Source of the DNA: Prorocentrum cordatum
Lineage: Eukaryota
Length of the DNA stretch: 54,502 bases
Assembly: GCA_963575745.1 (NCBI GenBank)
Contig: CAUYUJ010000233.1
Location: 62,001-116,502 of the forward strand
Direction of reading: 5' to 3'
A program made the translations under genes and the position numbers. The notes below the pieces were generated by a model. The model was not told the origin of the DNA and did not search any database. It saw only the letters and a program-made list of their open reading frames with translations. The first letter of the stretch is position 1. Every line of letters starts with the position of its first letter. This document shows positions 15,401-28,789 of this stretch, piece after piece.

Positions 15401-16489
15401 GTGGAGGGGACGCGGCGAGGCCCGCGAGAGCGCCCGCGAGGGCCGACGCTTCCCTGAGGGAAGAGGGCCGAGGCCGTCCGGGTGAGGCATAGACGCAAAG
15501 TACTAGGTTAGCGACGCGATTGAATGGTGCATGGGGCCCAGGGGGCTGCCGGCGTCAGCGCGATGGGTCCAGGCACGCCAGGCGGTGGGGACCTTTTGAT
15601 ACGGGGCGCTGGTCTTGCGGCGCCGGGGCGTTCCGCGGGGGCGACGCGCGCAATCTCGCCAAACGGGGAGGCAGCCCGCCAATGAAGCTGCCGTTTCGAC
15701 GGAGGGGGGGGTCGTGCCATGTCGCAAGCGCGGCGGGCGCGTCCATGTTATGAGGAAAATCCTGGAGACCTCGCGCAGCACCTCGAGACCAAATTTAAAT
15801 CCGATCCACGTCGGATCTGCGCTGGCCTCCCGTCGGATTCACGTCGGATTTACGCCGGGGCATCGCCGCGCGAACGTCGACCCATAGATTACGGAGCCGA
15901 CGTGCCGATTGGATGATACAGCTACTGCGCGCAGCGCCAGGCTTACAGGTTTCCCCGCAACCCACGGCGGCGTCCGCGTCCTCCCCCGTGTGGGGGCGGG
16001 AGTCGCGGCGCGGGCGACGAGGGGGCTGGTCCGGGCTCGGGTGCCCCAAACGGTGTGGTGGCCACACCGCGCGGCGAGTCAGTGAGGTTTCGGCGGGTTT
16101 GGGGGACTCGCGCCGCCATCCGATCATAGCTCGGGCAACCAGGGCCTGCGAAGTCCCCAGACTGCGCGGGGACAGACCGCGCGGCGTGGCCTTCTCGGAG
16201 TTCGAGGTCCCCGCGCGGTCCATCAACCACACGGATTTTGAGCCCCCCGACGGGCGGGGGCGCCAACGCTCGCCAGGGCGGGCCAGCCCCGCCCGAGGAG
16301 CGGCCCTGAGGAGCGCCGCCCGGCGGGGAAAGGCATCCACCTCGGTGCCCTGCCGTCGCGGAGGAGGCACGGCGGTGGGCGCGGAGCAGGGCGGTGGAGA
16401 CGCCGGCGAGCGCGCGGCCCCTCGGACGGCGGCGCCGCGCAGGGGAGTTCCTGCAGGTTGGGGCGCCCTCACCACTGCATGGTGCTGAA

Positions 16490-16735
16490 ATGGATGGTGG
16501 CGACGGAGATGATGATGGATGCTGGTGACGATGAGATGGCATAATGAAATAATGAGTTGGATGGTGGTGATACGATGATGGTGATGAGACTTGGAGATGA
16601 GGATTGAGGCGGCCAACTGACGATGATGATGGTGAGATCGATGCTATGGCATGACTAACCGAAGGATGGTGGCGGGATGCACGGTGGTGATGGTGATGAC
16701 TACATGGATGATGGTGCTGGTGATGGATGCTGACT
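16490..16735. repeat. degenerate (GAT/GGT)n tract
   Basis: direct inspection. Confidence 0.7.
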
Positions 16736-16769
16736 ATTACCAGGCGCAGCAGCCGCACGAGGCATAACT

Positions 16770-18150
16770 ACGAGGTACACAACACACACCGACCAGGCAC
16801 ACCAGGCAAACCACCCAGGCACACCAGGCAAACTGATCAAGCACAACAGGCACACCAACCAGACTGACCAGGCACACCAGGCACACCGCCCAGGCACACC
16901 AGGCACCCTACCAGGCACACCAGGCGCAACTACCAAACACACCAAGCACACCAACCAGGAAAAACAAGCACACCGACCAGGCGCACCAGACGCACCAGAC
17001 GCACATGATTACACACACACACACACTCTCACACACACAGGCACACCAGGCACACCGACCAGGCACACTGGGCACCCCAGGCGCACCCACCATGCACACC
17101 AAGCACACCAAGCACACCGAGCGGACACACCAGGTACCACGCCCAAGTACACCAGGCACACCAGGCACACAAGGCACACCGACCAGACACCAGGCACACC
17201 GCCCAGGCACACCAGGCACACCAGGCACACCAGGCACACCAGGCGCGCAAACCATGCAAACCAGGCACACCGCCCAAGCACACAAGGCATGCAGCCCAGG
17301 CACACCGAAGAGTCACACAAACCGAGCACACCACGCATACCAGCCAGGCACACCAGGCACAGCGACCAGGCAGGCCAAGCACGCCGACCTGGCACAACAG
17401 GCACACCAGGCACGCCAGGCGCATCGCCCAGGAACACCAGCAACACCGACTATGAACACCAGACGCACCAACCAGACACACCTGGCACACACCCCACGCA
17501 CACCAGGCACACCAGGCACACGGACCAGGCAAACCAGCCACACCGATCACGCACACAAGGCACTCAGCCCAGGCAACCCGGGCATTCCAGGCACACCAGG
17601 CACACCGACCAAGCTCAACAGACACACCGCCCAGGCACATCAGGAACACCACGCACACCGACTGGGCATAGCAGGAACGCCACCCTGGCACACCAAGCAC
17701 ACCGCCCAGGCACACCGGGCACACCGGCCAAACGCAACAGGCTACCCGCCCAGGCACACCACCCACACCGACAGGGCAAACGAGGCACACCGACCAAACA
17801 CACCAGGCACACCGGCCACACCGACTGGGCACAACAGGCACATTGCCCAAGGAACATCAGGCACCCCGACCAAGCACCTCACGCACACCGCCCTGGCCCA
17901 CCAGGAACACCAAGCACCGACCAGGCACACCAAGCACACCAACCAGGCACACCAGGCACACCGACCAGGCACGCCAGGCACACCAGGCACACCGCTTAGG
18001 AAAAAGAAGCACAAAGAAACACAGCGACCAGGCACAACAAGTACACCGCCCAGGCACACTAAGCACACCACGCAACCCGACCAGGCACACCAGAAAAACA
18101 CCGCTCAGGCACACTGGGCACGCCGACCAGACACACACGGCACATCGACC
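16770..18150. repeat. (CACCAGGCA)n 9-bp degenerate satellite
   Basis: 9-mer repeated over ~1.4 kb; produces the PGT-repeat ORF 17005-18537. Confidence 0.9.
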
Positions 18151-18199
18151 AAGTGGCGGGCAAGGGCAAGCGGCCTTCCTTGCTGCAGCGCGGGGACCC

Positions 18200-19226
18200 C
18201 AGTCGATGCGCTGGTGCACGTCTGCAACGGGCAGGCTATAGTCTGCGTCGGCGCTACCCATGCCATGTTCCTGTACAAAACCCACCCGATTCAAGGACCG
18301 CCTCGCTCGACCGCACAAGCCCTGCCCGTTCATGCCTGGGATGTTAGAGCACGCGCTGTCCGCGCTTCGGCTCACCCTCCCCGTCTGGTTCCCCGTGCAT
18401 CATTACATAGCTCCGAGCACGGAGCAGCAGATGAGGAATGGCGGCTCGTTCACGGCCGAGCAAAGGAAAATTGTGAAAAGCTGGGTGGCCCGACCAGGTC
18501 AGAACGACAAGCGGCTGCAAGAACCCGCAGTCCGTGATAAGTTTGACATGGCCATCGGCTGGGAGGCCGTGCTCAGGCAGACGCAGCATCGCGCCGTGCG
18601 GGGGGCCAGGAAAAAGGACGAGATGCTACTGCACGCGCAGCCGGTGGACCTGCCTCAGCACCGCCTCTCGCAGGAAGAACACATGGGCATGCTGCAAGTG
18701 CCGAACATCGATACTTGTCTCATCATATCGGCACGTGCCCACTGTACATAGGCACGCGTGTTCGGCCGACGCTGAAGATGTCGGCGAAGGACCAGATCGG
18801 GCAGGACGCAACCGGGACAGTCCCGGGGCCTGAAGTCCCATCCCAACGAGTTCCCGACACAGGATGACAAGGCGGATTGGCGCCGAAAAAAAATCACGAA
18901 GCCCACAGGCGCGGGCACTATCGATGTAGCAGATTGCCTAGCTGCGTCCTCGTCAAGTTTGATGGCTCCTGGAAGCTTTCTGGGTCGGGCAGGTCTCGGC
19001 GCACAGGTCGCCCTGGGAATTCAAGGCGCACTACCGAGAGTCTGGTGTGCGAAAGCCTCACAATCTTAGGGCTACGACGCACCACTTCCCATCGATGCCA
19101 GAGCGGGCGCGCACCGCGCAGACCGCGCAGGGCACGGGCAAAGACGCGGCCGCCAAGGCGCTCCAGAAGCACCTGCACATGAGCCACGACGACTGGTGGA
19201 TGTCACGCACAGTCGCGCTCGCGCGG
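18200..19226 (+). pseudogene. PIF1-like SF1B helicase, C-terminal half, frameshifted (Helitron-type RepHel remnant?)
   Basis: in order: THAMFLYKTH/RFKD, GTRVRPT...QDATGTV, LPSCVLVKFD, FPSMPERARTAQTAQG (motif V-like), MSHDDWWM...VALAR (motif VI-like); matches the remnant at 27477-27952. Confidence 0.7.
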
Positions 19227-19519
19227 CCCATAGCGCCCCCGTCTACAACCTGCCGCCCTGGGACGTCCTGCAGAGGGGCGGGCCCGCGCATGTCCGGGAC
19301 CGGGTCCGCCGCGTCGAGAGGATGACGGCCAGGAATTTCGCGGTCGCCAAGCAGGGGCGCTAGAGCACGGATGGGGCGCGGGGAATGGCCCCGCGGAACC
19401 GAGCGGCGCGGCGGGGGCGGGCGCCGCGACCCAGCATGGAGAGGGCGCCGCGCCGGAGTCGGGCTCGGCGCCTGCGCCGCCGACGGCGCCGAGGGCGTCG
19501 CCGCTAGGCCTAACGCCGC

Positions 19520-20062
19520 CCCGCGACCGCGACCGCGACCAATCCTGGTCTCGGTCGCGGCTTGGATGCACCATTCGGAAACATTCAATAATGCTGCCCG
19601 CAAGCCAGGACCGCGACTGGTCACGGTTGCGGCGACACTATTCGGATACATGAATAGTGCGCCAGACCAGGACCAGAACCACGACCAGGACTTGTCACGG
19701 TCCGGAGGTGGCTTTCGAATGTAATCCTGATAATGCTGCAGGACAACGACCAGAACCGCGACTGGTCACGATCCTGGTCTCGGGGCGACATTATTATTCC
19801 CGAATGCTAATAATGCCACTCCGAGACCGAGACCGCGACTGGTCACGGTCCTGGTCCAGGGGCGGACTTGCTGTTCCCGATTCTTACTAATGCCACACCG
19901 AGACCGAGACCAAGACAGGCCACGGTCCTGGTCCCGGAGCGGCATTATGAATCCTGCATCCTAACAATGCCGCCCCGAGTCCAAGACCGCGACTTGTCAC
20001 GGTCCTGGTCTCGGAGCGGCATTAATATTCCCAAATCCTAATAGTGCCGCCCCGAGACCGAG
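19520..20062. repeat. ~75-bp minisatellite, ~7 units (CCGAGACCGCGACTGGTCACGGTCCTGGTC core)
   Basis: core near 19611, 19684, 19757, 19833, 19910, 19987. Confidence 0.8.
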
Positions 20063-20064
20063 GC

Positions 20065-23000
20065 CCTTCAGTCTAGAGGATCGGGACGCCTGACATCGAT
20101 CTGCTGCTCGAGCTATGGCCGAAAAAAAACAGTTGCACTATGTGACTCTTTGGGGGAATTGTTTGGATGTTCACCTTGGTCTGACATTCAAAGCATTAAC
20201 GGCGGTTCAACGTTCACGGCTAGGTTCAGAAGCATCAGAAGTTCCCGTTCACCTGGTCTAAGAGACTGAGATCGGTGTGCTACTTGAGCTACGTTTGAAC
20301 AAATATTTGCACTTTGTGATTTTTGTGGGCACATGCTCGGTTGTTCGATTTGATCTCTCGGAGCAGCTGCAGAGATTTCGCGCACCGATAGCTTGAGCAG
20401 CACCGGAAGCTCTAGTCTAAAGGATCAGCACGCCTGTGGTCGGCCTGCTACTCGAGCGATGGCCGAAAAAACGATTTACACTTTACAACTCTTTGGGGCA
20501 AACAGTCGGTTCGTCGTCTTAAGCTCATTCTGGGCAGCTACAGAAATTACATGTACACAATGGGTTTCAAAAGCATGAGAAGCTTTCGTTTACATGCTCC
20601 AAAAACCTGAGATCAGCTTGCGTCTTTAGCCACGATCGAAAAATACACGCACTCTGCACCTGATGTTGGCACATGCTCTGGTTTTAGATTCGATCTCGGA
20701 GATTTCAACTGCGCAAAAAAAACTCCAGCAGCATCGGGATCACCAATCTGCTGAGATCAGTTTGCTCCTCGAGCTACTGCAGAAAAACAATTCGCATAAG
20801 GAAAATACTGATTACAGAATCTCTCTGAATGTCGATCAGCTTGGTCCAACAAACTGCGAAGCACAAGCCATTGCCAAGGTTCCAACTGATTTCTCCCGCA
20901 GATGATTAATAAATGAATTATGTAGAACCGTGACGAGTCGAAATTTGTCACTCTAAGAATAATCGCAATGAAAAAACGTTATTGTCTCAATTCGAAAGGG
21001 CGGCTGCGGCTGCGGCCGCGTCTGCGGCCGCGGCTGGCGGCTGCGCAGCTGCGCGGCTGCGCAGCTGCGCGGCTGCGCGGCTGCGGCCGCGCGGCCGCGA
21101 TTGCGGCGATTGCGGCTGCGCCTGCGGAGGGAGCTCTACGAGGTCCCCGGCGGTCGACGGTTAACCGCCGGCGCCCAGTTGGCCGACCCCGGAGAGAGGA
21201 AAGGGGGGGAAAAAAAAAGAAGAAGAAGAAGAAGAAGAAGAGGCAAGAAAAAAACAAAAAGAATGACCGAAAGAAAAATTAAATCCAAAGCGTTTTCAAG
21301 GAGATGCTCCAGGAAGGTTTCTCTCTACATTCAGAGCATTCTTACGCCTGCAAGGAGCACCACGAAGTCCCCGGCGGCAACCAGCACCTCGTAGAGCTCT
21401 TCGGCTGGATGAGCCATGAGGAATCGGGGGGCAGGGCGGAGCTAGTTGGCCGACCCGGTCAGCAAGGACAGTATGACAACCTGGGGTAGGTTTTTGAAGT
21501 TGTTAAGCAACAAGTAACAATTCATTTTACATGCCCAGATGTTCCTACTGAGCATTGGACCACGCTGCGCTTGCTGGTGAAAGCGTCAAAACTGCAGCTG
21601 CAACATTTTCATCGAATCACTTCCAGCAACCGACCTTCAGAAAATATTGTTTCCCAGCAGCATCGGAAGCTCCAGACTAGAGGATCGGGGAGTCTGGAAT
21701 CGGTATGCCACTCGAGCCGTGGCCGAAAGACTTATCACGCTCTGGAACGCTCTCATCTAAGCGTTCAGGTCTTTCGGCCTGATCCCAACAGTTAGGGAGA
21801 CAACGGAGGTTTCATGTAGACGAATGAATATATTCAGGAGCATCAACAGCTTGTGTTCGCATAGCCCATCAGTCTTAGATCGGTGGAGCTCGAGCTACAT
21901 CCGAAAAACTCTTTGCACATTGCACTTCTTGCGAAAATTGCCACGCTGTTCGACTCGACCTCGAGATTCGGAGCAGCTACGGAGATATAATGCACGGACG
22001 TCGGACGCATTGGTCCAGAGAATCAGGACGCCTGCGGTCGTTTCGAGACTCGAGCTAGGGCAGACATGACGGCTCGCACTCCGCAGCCCCCGGGGGCGAA
22101 TGTTCGGTTTTTGTTGCCGCGATCTCGACATTTACAACGTCTACATATGTGCTATGTTGAAAACGAGGTCCCGCAACGTCAAACGCTAGCGTTCAAATCG
22201 CGTCGGACGCCTCAGAACGGTTTGCTTATCAAGGTACTTTCGAATAACTGTTCAAACTCTGCAATGTTTCTGAGCATCCCCTCAGTTTTGCGACTCGCTC
22301 GAGATTCGGAGCAGCTGCAGAGATTCACGCGCATCAGTCACTTCTGCAGCATCAGGAGCTCACGCCCACATAGTCAAACAGCCTAAGATCGGTTTTCTCC
22401 TCGAACTGTGGCCGAAGCACTATTCGCACTCTTCAACTCTTCGGTGGAGATATTTGGTTGTCCTGCTCGATTCCGAGGTCCCATGTGAAAAATATACTGA
22501 GCAGCATCAGAAGTTCCCGTTCGCATGCTCCGAACGCATGCGATTGTCCGAAAAACTACGCGCATGATTCGGCTGCTGCACGTCTGCGGCTGCGCGACTG
22601 CGGCTGCGACCGCGGCCGCGGCCGCGGAGCTCCGCGAGGTCCCCGGCGGCAACTAGGTTGACGTTTTGCCGCTGGCGCCCAGTGAAGCGGTAGAACTAGT
22701 CGCCGACCCGGGGCAAAAAAAACCGGCGACCAGGGGCTGGCACCTCGTGGAGCTCTTCGGCTGGATAAGCTAAGGCATACCTCGTAAAGATCTAGCTAGA
22801 AATACCTCGCAGAGCTCTTCGGCAAGATGTGCTAAGAGGAATACTCGCACGGCCCCCCGAGAAAGATGAGCTCGGACGAATTTTCCCGCATAGCTCCGGC
22901 TAGGTGGGCCAAGAGGAATTCGGCGGCAGGGTGGAGCTAGTACCTCGTAGAGCGTTTCGGCTAGAGCTACGAAGTCGGCAGAATAACACGTAGAGCTCCC

Positions 23001-25720
23001 CTGATAGCGAAGCTGCAAAAGCTAAGAGTAATACGGAATCACTTCTGGGTTAGCTGGCGACGAGAATCTCAACGGACAAATTGACAACATTTACCAAAAA
23101 GAATAATATGTTGGGGGACGTTTGACAAGTAATTTTGGATGGGGCAAGTTCTCCGGACAACTTCGATATTACTCCTGCTCGCCAACTTGATCTCAGGTCG
23201 AACGGGGCTGACGCGCACAATCTCGCAGGGCAACTCGCCCTGAGAGCATATTTTGTCCGCGCGTTCGGCTTATAGACCGAATCTCAGGATTCAGAGCACC
23301 TACAGAGGTTTCACATGCACGAATAGCTTCAGCAGCATCGTTTGCATTAGTCTGGAGGCACGAGAAGTCTGAGATCAGGTCTGCTACTCGAGCTATGGCC
23401 CGAAAACAATTCGCACTCGGTAGATTGTTCAGGTAAACATTTTCCGATGTGTTGCTTCAAGTAGACATGAAGAACATATACAGAGGTTTGACGTGTACAA
23501 ACAGGTTCAGCAGAATCAGAAGCACTCGTTCATATGCTCGAGGGGTCGCAGGTCGGTCTGCTACTCGAGCTACGATCACAAACTATTCGCACGATGAACT
23601 TTTTTGGGGCACATGTTCGGTTATTCTGATTCATCTCGAGATTTAAAGCAGCTACAGGGGGTTCATGTGCACCAATAGCTGCATCTGCTTTGGAAACATC
23701 AACGCACAGGGTCCAGAAGCCTGGAATCGATCTGCTACTCGAGCTATGGCCAACAAACTACTCGCGCCCTACAACTTGTTCGTCGCATGCTCGGATGCCC
23801 GAAATGATCGCCCAATCTGAGCACTTACAGCGGTCTGATGCGCACCCATGTCTGCAGCAGTATTAGGAGCGTCAGGCTAGAGAATCTAGAGAGCTTGAGA
23901 TCGGTCTCTTACTCACGCTGCGCGCGCTGGAAAAAGTCTGACGGCTGTGTCTGCATTGTTCCTATCGACTCACTTCCAGGGACCGACCTAAAGAATAGCT
24001 TAGCAAATTCCAGGTTTGCAGACAATTATCAGACGTGCCTCATAGAGCTCCTCACACGCATGGAAGCGCAGACAAGCTTCTTTGAACGACATCTTGAAAA
24101 CTGGAACGTTGTAGGCTCCAACGCAAAATTTGTCATGCCAAGTCTTTTGGTCGTAATGCCGCAGCTAGAGACATGAGAATGTTACCAGCAAGCGCGAAGG
24201 ATACCACTCCAGATGCAGAAAATAATAACTCTGCAAATAAAGTGTCAAATATCTCATAATTCCCAGAAAACATGTTGTCTCGGAAAAAAAGGTTATCCTT
24301 CGCACCTGGAAGTGCATAGACAGAGATATTGCAGATACAGCGAACACAGATCCGAATACAAATTCTCAAATCTCTCAGAATGTTCGAAAAACCGCCCAAG
24401 TCATCACAAGCTGCATTCTGACCCGATCGGCAAGCTCTGATCGAGGTACTTGACAGAACTCACTGTATGTTGAACTCAAAGAACACTTTTCCAGTTTTCA
24501 ACCACAGTAAGAGCATTCCACGCGTGGAAGGAGGTCCTAGGCGGCAACCTGATTGACGGTTTACCGCCGGCGCCCAGTCTGTGAATATCAAGAAGAAGCT
24601 CTCGCTGGGCGTGTAGAGCACGATCGCTTCATATCGAACGATGCGTTCCGCTTCGTAGCTGCCCACTGATCGACCCGAGCTAGAGGAATTTGGCGGCAGA
24701 GCGGGGCCGGCACCTCGTAGAGCTCTTGGTTCGACCGGAGATCGGGCCAGCATGCAACTTATGGTGACCTGGGCGTGACTCGTAGAGCTTTCCAATTAGC
24801 GAAGCGGCGAAGCTCTAGAGCAATTCCATAGCGCCAGCGGGCTAGTTGGCTCGAAAAATCTCGACGGCAATTGTGATGAAGAGGCCTCTTGAAAATTCTG
24901 CTCTCGCAACTTAACAAACCGTTTGGGATCTTCCAAAAAAACGCGCATCATTCACTGAATGATCGGAAGTTGTAGTCTCAGCTGCCTGAAATCTATCTGC
25001 TATGAGAGTATTGACCCTGGGAGCGGGCAGTAAACCACCAAGCTCAGCTTTTCCCTTCAAAGGGTCCGCTGGGCCCCGCCTGGGCCAGGAAGCTAGGCCC
25101 CGGGACAGTGGAGCCGCGGGGGGGCAGGCGAGCCTGCACGCCCCTCCCAATGAGGGGGTCACTCGGGCAAGCGGAATGAGCTCTCTTATGACTAAAGCAA
25201 GCCAGCGCCTCAGGAAAAGTGAAGGTAAACGCAGCTTCCGACGTCTGTAGCCGTCTCATCCACACTGCCTCCATTCTGACCGCGGAGGGCAACTAACCGA
25301 AAATTATCAACGAATGGCACCTGCCCTGTCTCGCATCATGCGTCAGCACGTCCGTTCTCTCGTTTCCTGAAAATTTGACTGTCAGACGCGGCATGACGAA
25401 CTACAGGTGCGGAAAATATGGGTTTTCCATACGAACAGTCAAATCTCTCAGAATGTTTGCAACCAACCTGAAGTTGTGCATTGCCGGGCCGGGTCGGTCA
25501 AGTAGTTCCATTCCACGCCGAAATTTCTCTCCGCCTGCAAGCATTCTGCCACACACGAGCACAAACACCAGAGAGAACAGCAGCAGCTGGCGGCATCAAT
25601 CGGCGCCGCTTTGAATCCACACCTGACTCTCGAAACGCAACCGGCGGTGAACCGTCAACCTGGCTACGGCCGGGAGCCTCGACCCGGCCGAGCTCAAACT
25701 TGAGTTTCTAAGATCATTTT
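20065..25720 (+). mobile_element. cluster of old, diverged Helitron2-like non-autonomous elements, mostly opposite in orientation to the 32-54 kb pile
   Basis: terminal motif ...TTACCGCCGGCGCCCAG|T ends at 21178, 22682, 24577; (T/C)ACCTCGTAGAGCTC starts near 21385, 22741, 22941, 24711; interiors resemble the downstream repeat. Confidence 0.65.
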
Positions 25721-25954
25721 CTTTCGAGCTTGAACATTCCACATTTTGAGCGTCAGCATGGCATCAGCTCCTGGAAGTGAACAGACAGTAGAACTACTTC
25801 TGGAGATCTTATGGGTTCTCTGATTCCCACCAGCCCTCTGGGCTCAGGTGATATAACGCGTTTTTGTTCTTCTCTCTTCCACTGGACCCCCCCCCCCCGA
25901 CCCCCTGCCCTGGGCTTGGGCGGAGCGCGCCGCGAGGCGTTAGAGCGTTTGATA

Positions 25955-26670
25955 TGGACCAAGATGGCCCAAGATCGCTCCCAGAGGCGTTCAAAGTCGC
26001 AAGATGGCCTCCAAGATGGCCCATGTCACTTCAAGATGGGTCAAGATAGCCTCCGACATACCCCCAAGAAGCCCCAAGGCAGCCCCAAGACGGATCCAAG
26101 TGCCCTTCGAGCCCTCCACGGCGCCCTCCAAGATGCCAAGACCCTTCAAAAGCCTATGGGAAATGCATGTTTTTGGCATTATCGCCTTTTCGCTTCCGAT
26201 GGGCTTTGGAAGCCTCAAAACGGCACCACGATGGCCAACGAAGGCCCCAAGAGGGGCCCAAGAAGGGCGAAGACGGCCCCAAGATCGCCCAAGAGGCGCC
26301 CAAGAGCGCTCCAAGACGGCCCCAAGACGCCGTTTGAGAGCCTCCGATGGGGGGGATCCGAATTGAGGAACCGCCTCTTTTTGAAACAGACATGGGGCCC
26401 AAGATGGCCCCAAGAGGCCTCCCAGCCTCTCCCGAAGACCCCCACCCCGCCCTTTTCGGCCCAAAATGGCTCCAAGAGAGCCCTAGATAGCCCAAGATGG
26501 CCTTCAAAATGGCCTACGATAGCCAACCATGGCTCAAGATAGCCTCCGACGGACCTCCAGGAGGCCTCAAGGCAGCCTCACGATGGCCCAAGATTGCCGA
26601 GCATGGCTCAAGATAGCCTCCGACAGCCTCTAGCCGAGCATGGCTCAAGATAGCCTCCAAGAGGCCTTAA
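25955..26670. repeat. CAAGATGGCC/CCCAAGAGG ~11-bp satellite
   Basis: direct inspection. Confidence 0.8.
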
Positions 26671-27476
26671 GGAAACTGGCAATCAATTATGGTCGGGCTG
26701 GTAGGGGCACTTTTTTGGTCGCGGCCGCGAGACAGAGGTCAGGCGGCAAGAGCAAAGTCCAGGACGCGAACTAAGCAAAATAGCTATAACAGGCACAGGC
26801 CGGCCGGCCCACTCACACAGCAGCCGCGAAACTGAGAGGGAGAGCTGACAGCGGACGGCATTCTGAGAACTCGAGCACGCGCACAGGACAAAGTATCACG
26901 GAATTCGGTGCTTGCCATGGCACGACCCACACAGTAGAGACGTGAACCAGGACGGTCAAGCCCGTCGCGCCGAGCGGGGGCACGTGGGAGGCCATTAAAA
27001 TGAGTCGCCAATTACTCCGACGGTAGGACCCCACATGAGAATCTGTTTAGCTTACCCTTTGCCCTTTCCTCCTCCTCCTGGCGGACACCCTCTCCTCTCG
27101 CCCCCTGCACTGTCCTCTCTCCCCCTGTATATTTATCTTCCTCCTCCTCTTTCTCCTCCGCCTCCTCCTCCTCCTCCTCGTCCTCCTCCTCTCGCGCCAC
27201 CTCCTCCTCGTCGTCGGCCCCCCCCATGCCCCTTCCCTCCTCATCCCCCTGCCTTTTCTCCATGTGCACCTCCCCTTCCCCCTCGTCGGGGCAAGCAAAT
27301 CCATTTTCCTCAGCGCCGTCGCCGCCTCGGCCAGCGCGCGCGCCCGCCGACGGCTAGATCGCGAAGCCGTCGGGACAAACCTTCGGGCTGGGCCGTTGAG
27401 ACAACATCGCAGGCCGCTGGGGCCTGGGAGCTAGCCGCCGGGACAACCCCGCGGGCCTCCAGGCGCGCCGCGGCGC

Positions 27477-27952
27477 TCAGGCGGGGGGCAGCATGAAGCC
27501 CAGCTCTGCCGCGAGCTGCTCCGCCTCAGCCCTGGAGCCCACCGCTCTCTTGTCGAACTCCTCGAGCGCCTTCCGCAGGGACGCCGGCGGCCCGCGCTCC
27601 AGGAACTCTCGCGCGGGCGGCCGCAGGATCAGCATGTTCCGCATGCACGTGGCGCGGGAGAACATGACGTAGAGGTGCAGCCACCACATATCGTCCGACA
27701 TGCCCGTGCGGCCAGCGCCCTCATCCCTGGCGCAGTCGATGGTGACGCCCTTGCGCAGCGTCTGGCCCTGCGACAGCGTGGAGGTCAGGTAGGACGCGTG
27801 CGTCAGTGTGAATCCCGAGCGGCGCACAGAGTGCGCCCCCCAGCTTTGCCACGTGAACTCCTGCTCGCTGGGCCTGAACATGAGCAAGCTCCTCGCCCGC
27901 GCTTCGGCCTCGCCGTCGTCGGCAGCGCCATCGGCGCCCTGCTGCAGCCTCC
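27477..27952 (-). pseudogene. PIF1-like helicase C-terminus (open frame to stop; 5' side cut by tandem repeat)
   Basis: RRSGFTLTHASYLTSTLSQGQTL (motif V) and WWLHLYVMFSRAT (motif VI); strongly GC3-biased codons; could be a last exon rather than a pseudogene. Confidence 0.8.
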
Positions 27953-28789
27953 CGAGGCCCCCGCTCGAGACTTCCTCCATATTCAGGTCTCAAGAGCCCA
28001 AAAGTGACGACAGTTGCACGTTGCGGATGACCCGCTCGGATTCGAACATGAAGTGCGGGCCCCATAGGGAGAGGGGCCCCGCCTGAGACTTCCTCACAAT
28101 TCACTCACAGACGAGGCTCCCGCCTGATACTTCCTCCATATTCAGGCCTCAAGAGCCAAAAAGTGACGACATTTACACGTTTCGGATGACCCGCTCGGAT
28201 TCGAACATGAAGTGCGGGCCCCATAGGGAGAGGGCCCCCGCCTGAGACTTCCTCACAATTCACTCACAAACGAGGCTCCCGCTCGAGACTTCCTCCATAT
28301 TCAGGTCTCAAGAGCCCAAAAGTGACGACAGTTGCACGTTGCGGATGACCCGCTCGGATTCGAACATGAAGTGCGGGCCCCATAGGGAGGGGGCTCCCGC
28401 CTGAGACTTCCTCACAATTCACTCACAGACGAGGCTCCCGCCTGATACTTCCTCCATATTCAGGCCTCAAGAGCCCAAAAGTGACGACAGTTACACGTTG
28501 CGGATGACCCGCTCGGATTCGAACATGAAGTGCGGGCCCCATAGGGAGGGGGGTCCCGCCTGAGACTTCCTCGCAATTCACTCACAGACGAAGCTCCCGC
28601 TCGAGACTTCCTCCATATTCAAGTCTCAAGAGCCCAAAAGTGACGACAGTTGCACGTTGCGGATGACCCGCCCGGATTCGAACATGAAGCGCGGGCCCCA
28701 TAGGGAGGGGGCTCCCGCCTGAGACTTCCTCACAATTCACTCACAGACGAGGCCCCCGCCTGATACTTCCTCCACATTCAGGCCTCAAG
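27953..28789. repeat. 159-bp tandem repeat, ~5.2 units, with 318-bp higher-order dimer
   Basis: CTTCCTCCA starts at 27971, 28130, 28289, 28448, 28607, 28766. Confidence 0.95.

Noticed and set aside
10533..16758. Long overlapping GC-rich ORFs (552, 617, 368, 360 aa)
   Set aside because: R/P/G/A-rich, open in multiple frames, no recognisable motif; small real exons cannot be excluded.
17005..18537. 510-aa PGT-repeat, collagen-like ORF
   Set aside because: Stop-free 9-bp satellite, open in several frames on both strands.
26528..26650. GGCTCAAG matches to the spliced leader
   Set aside because: They are variants of the surrounding CAAGATGGCC satellite unit with no downstream ORF.
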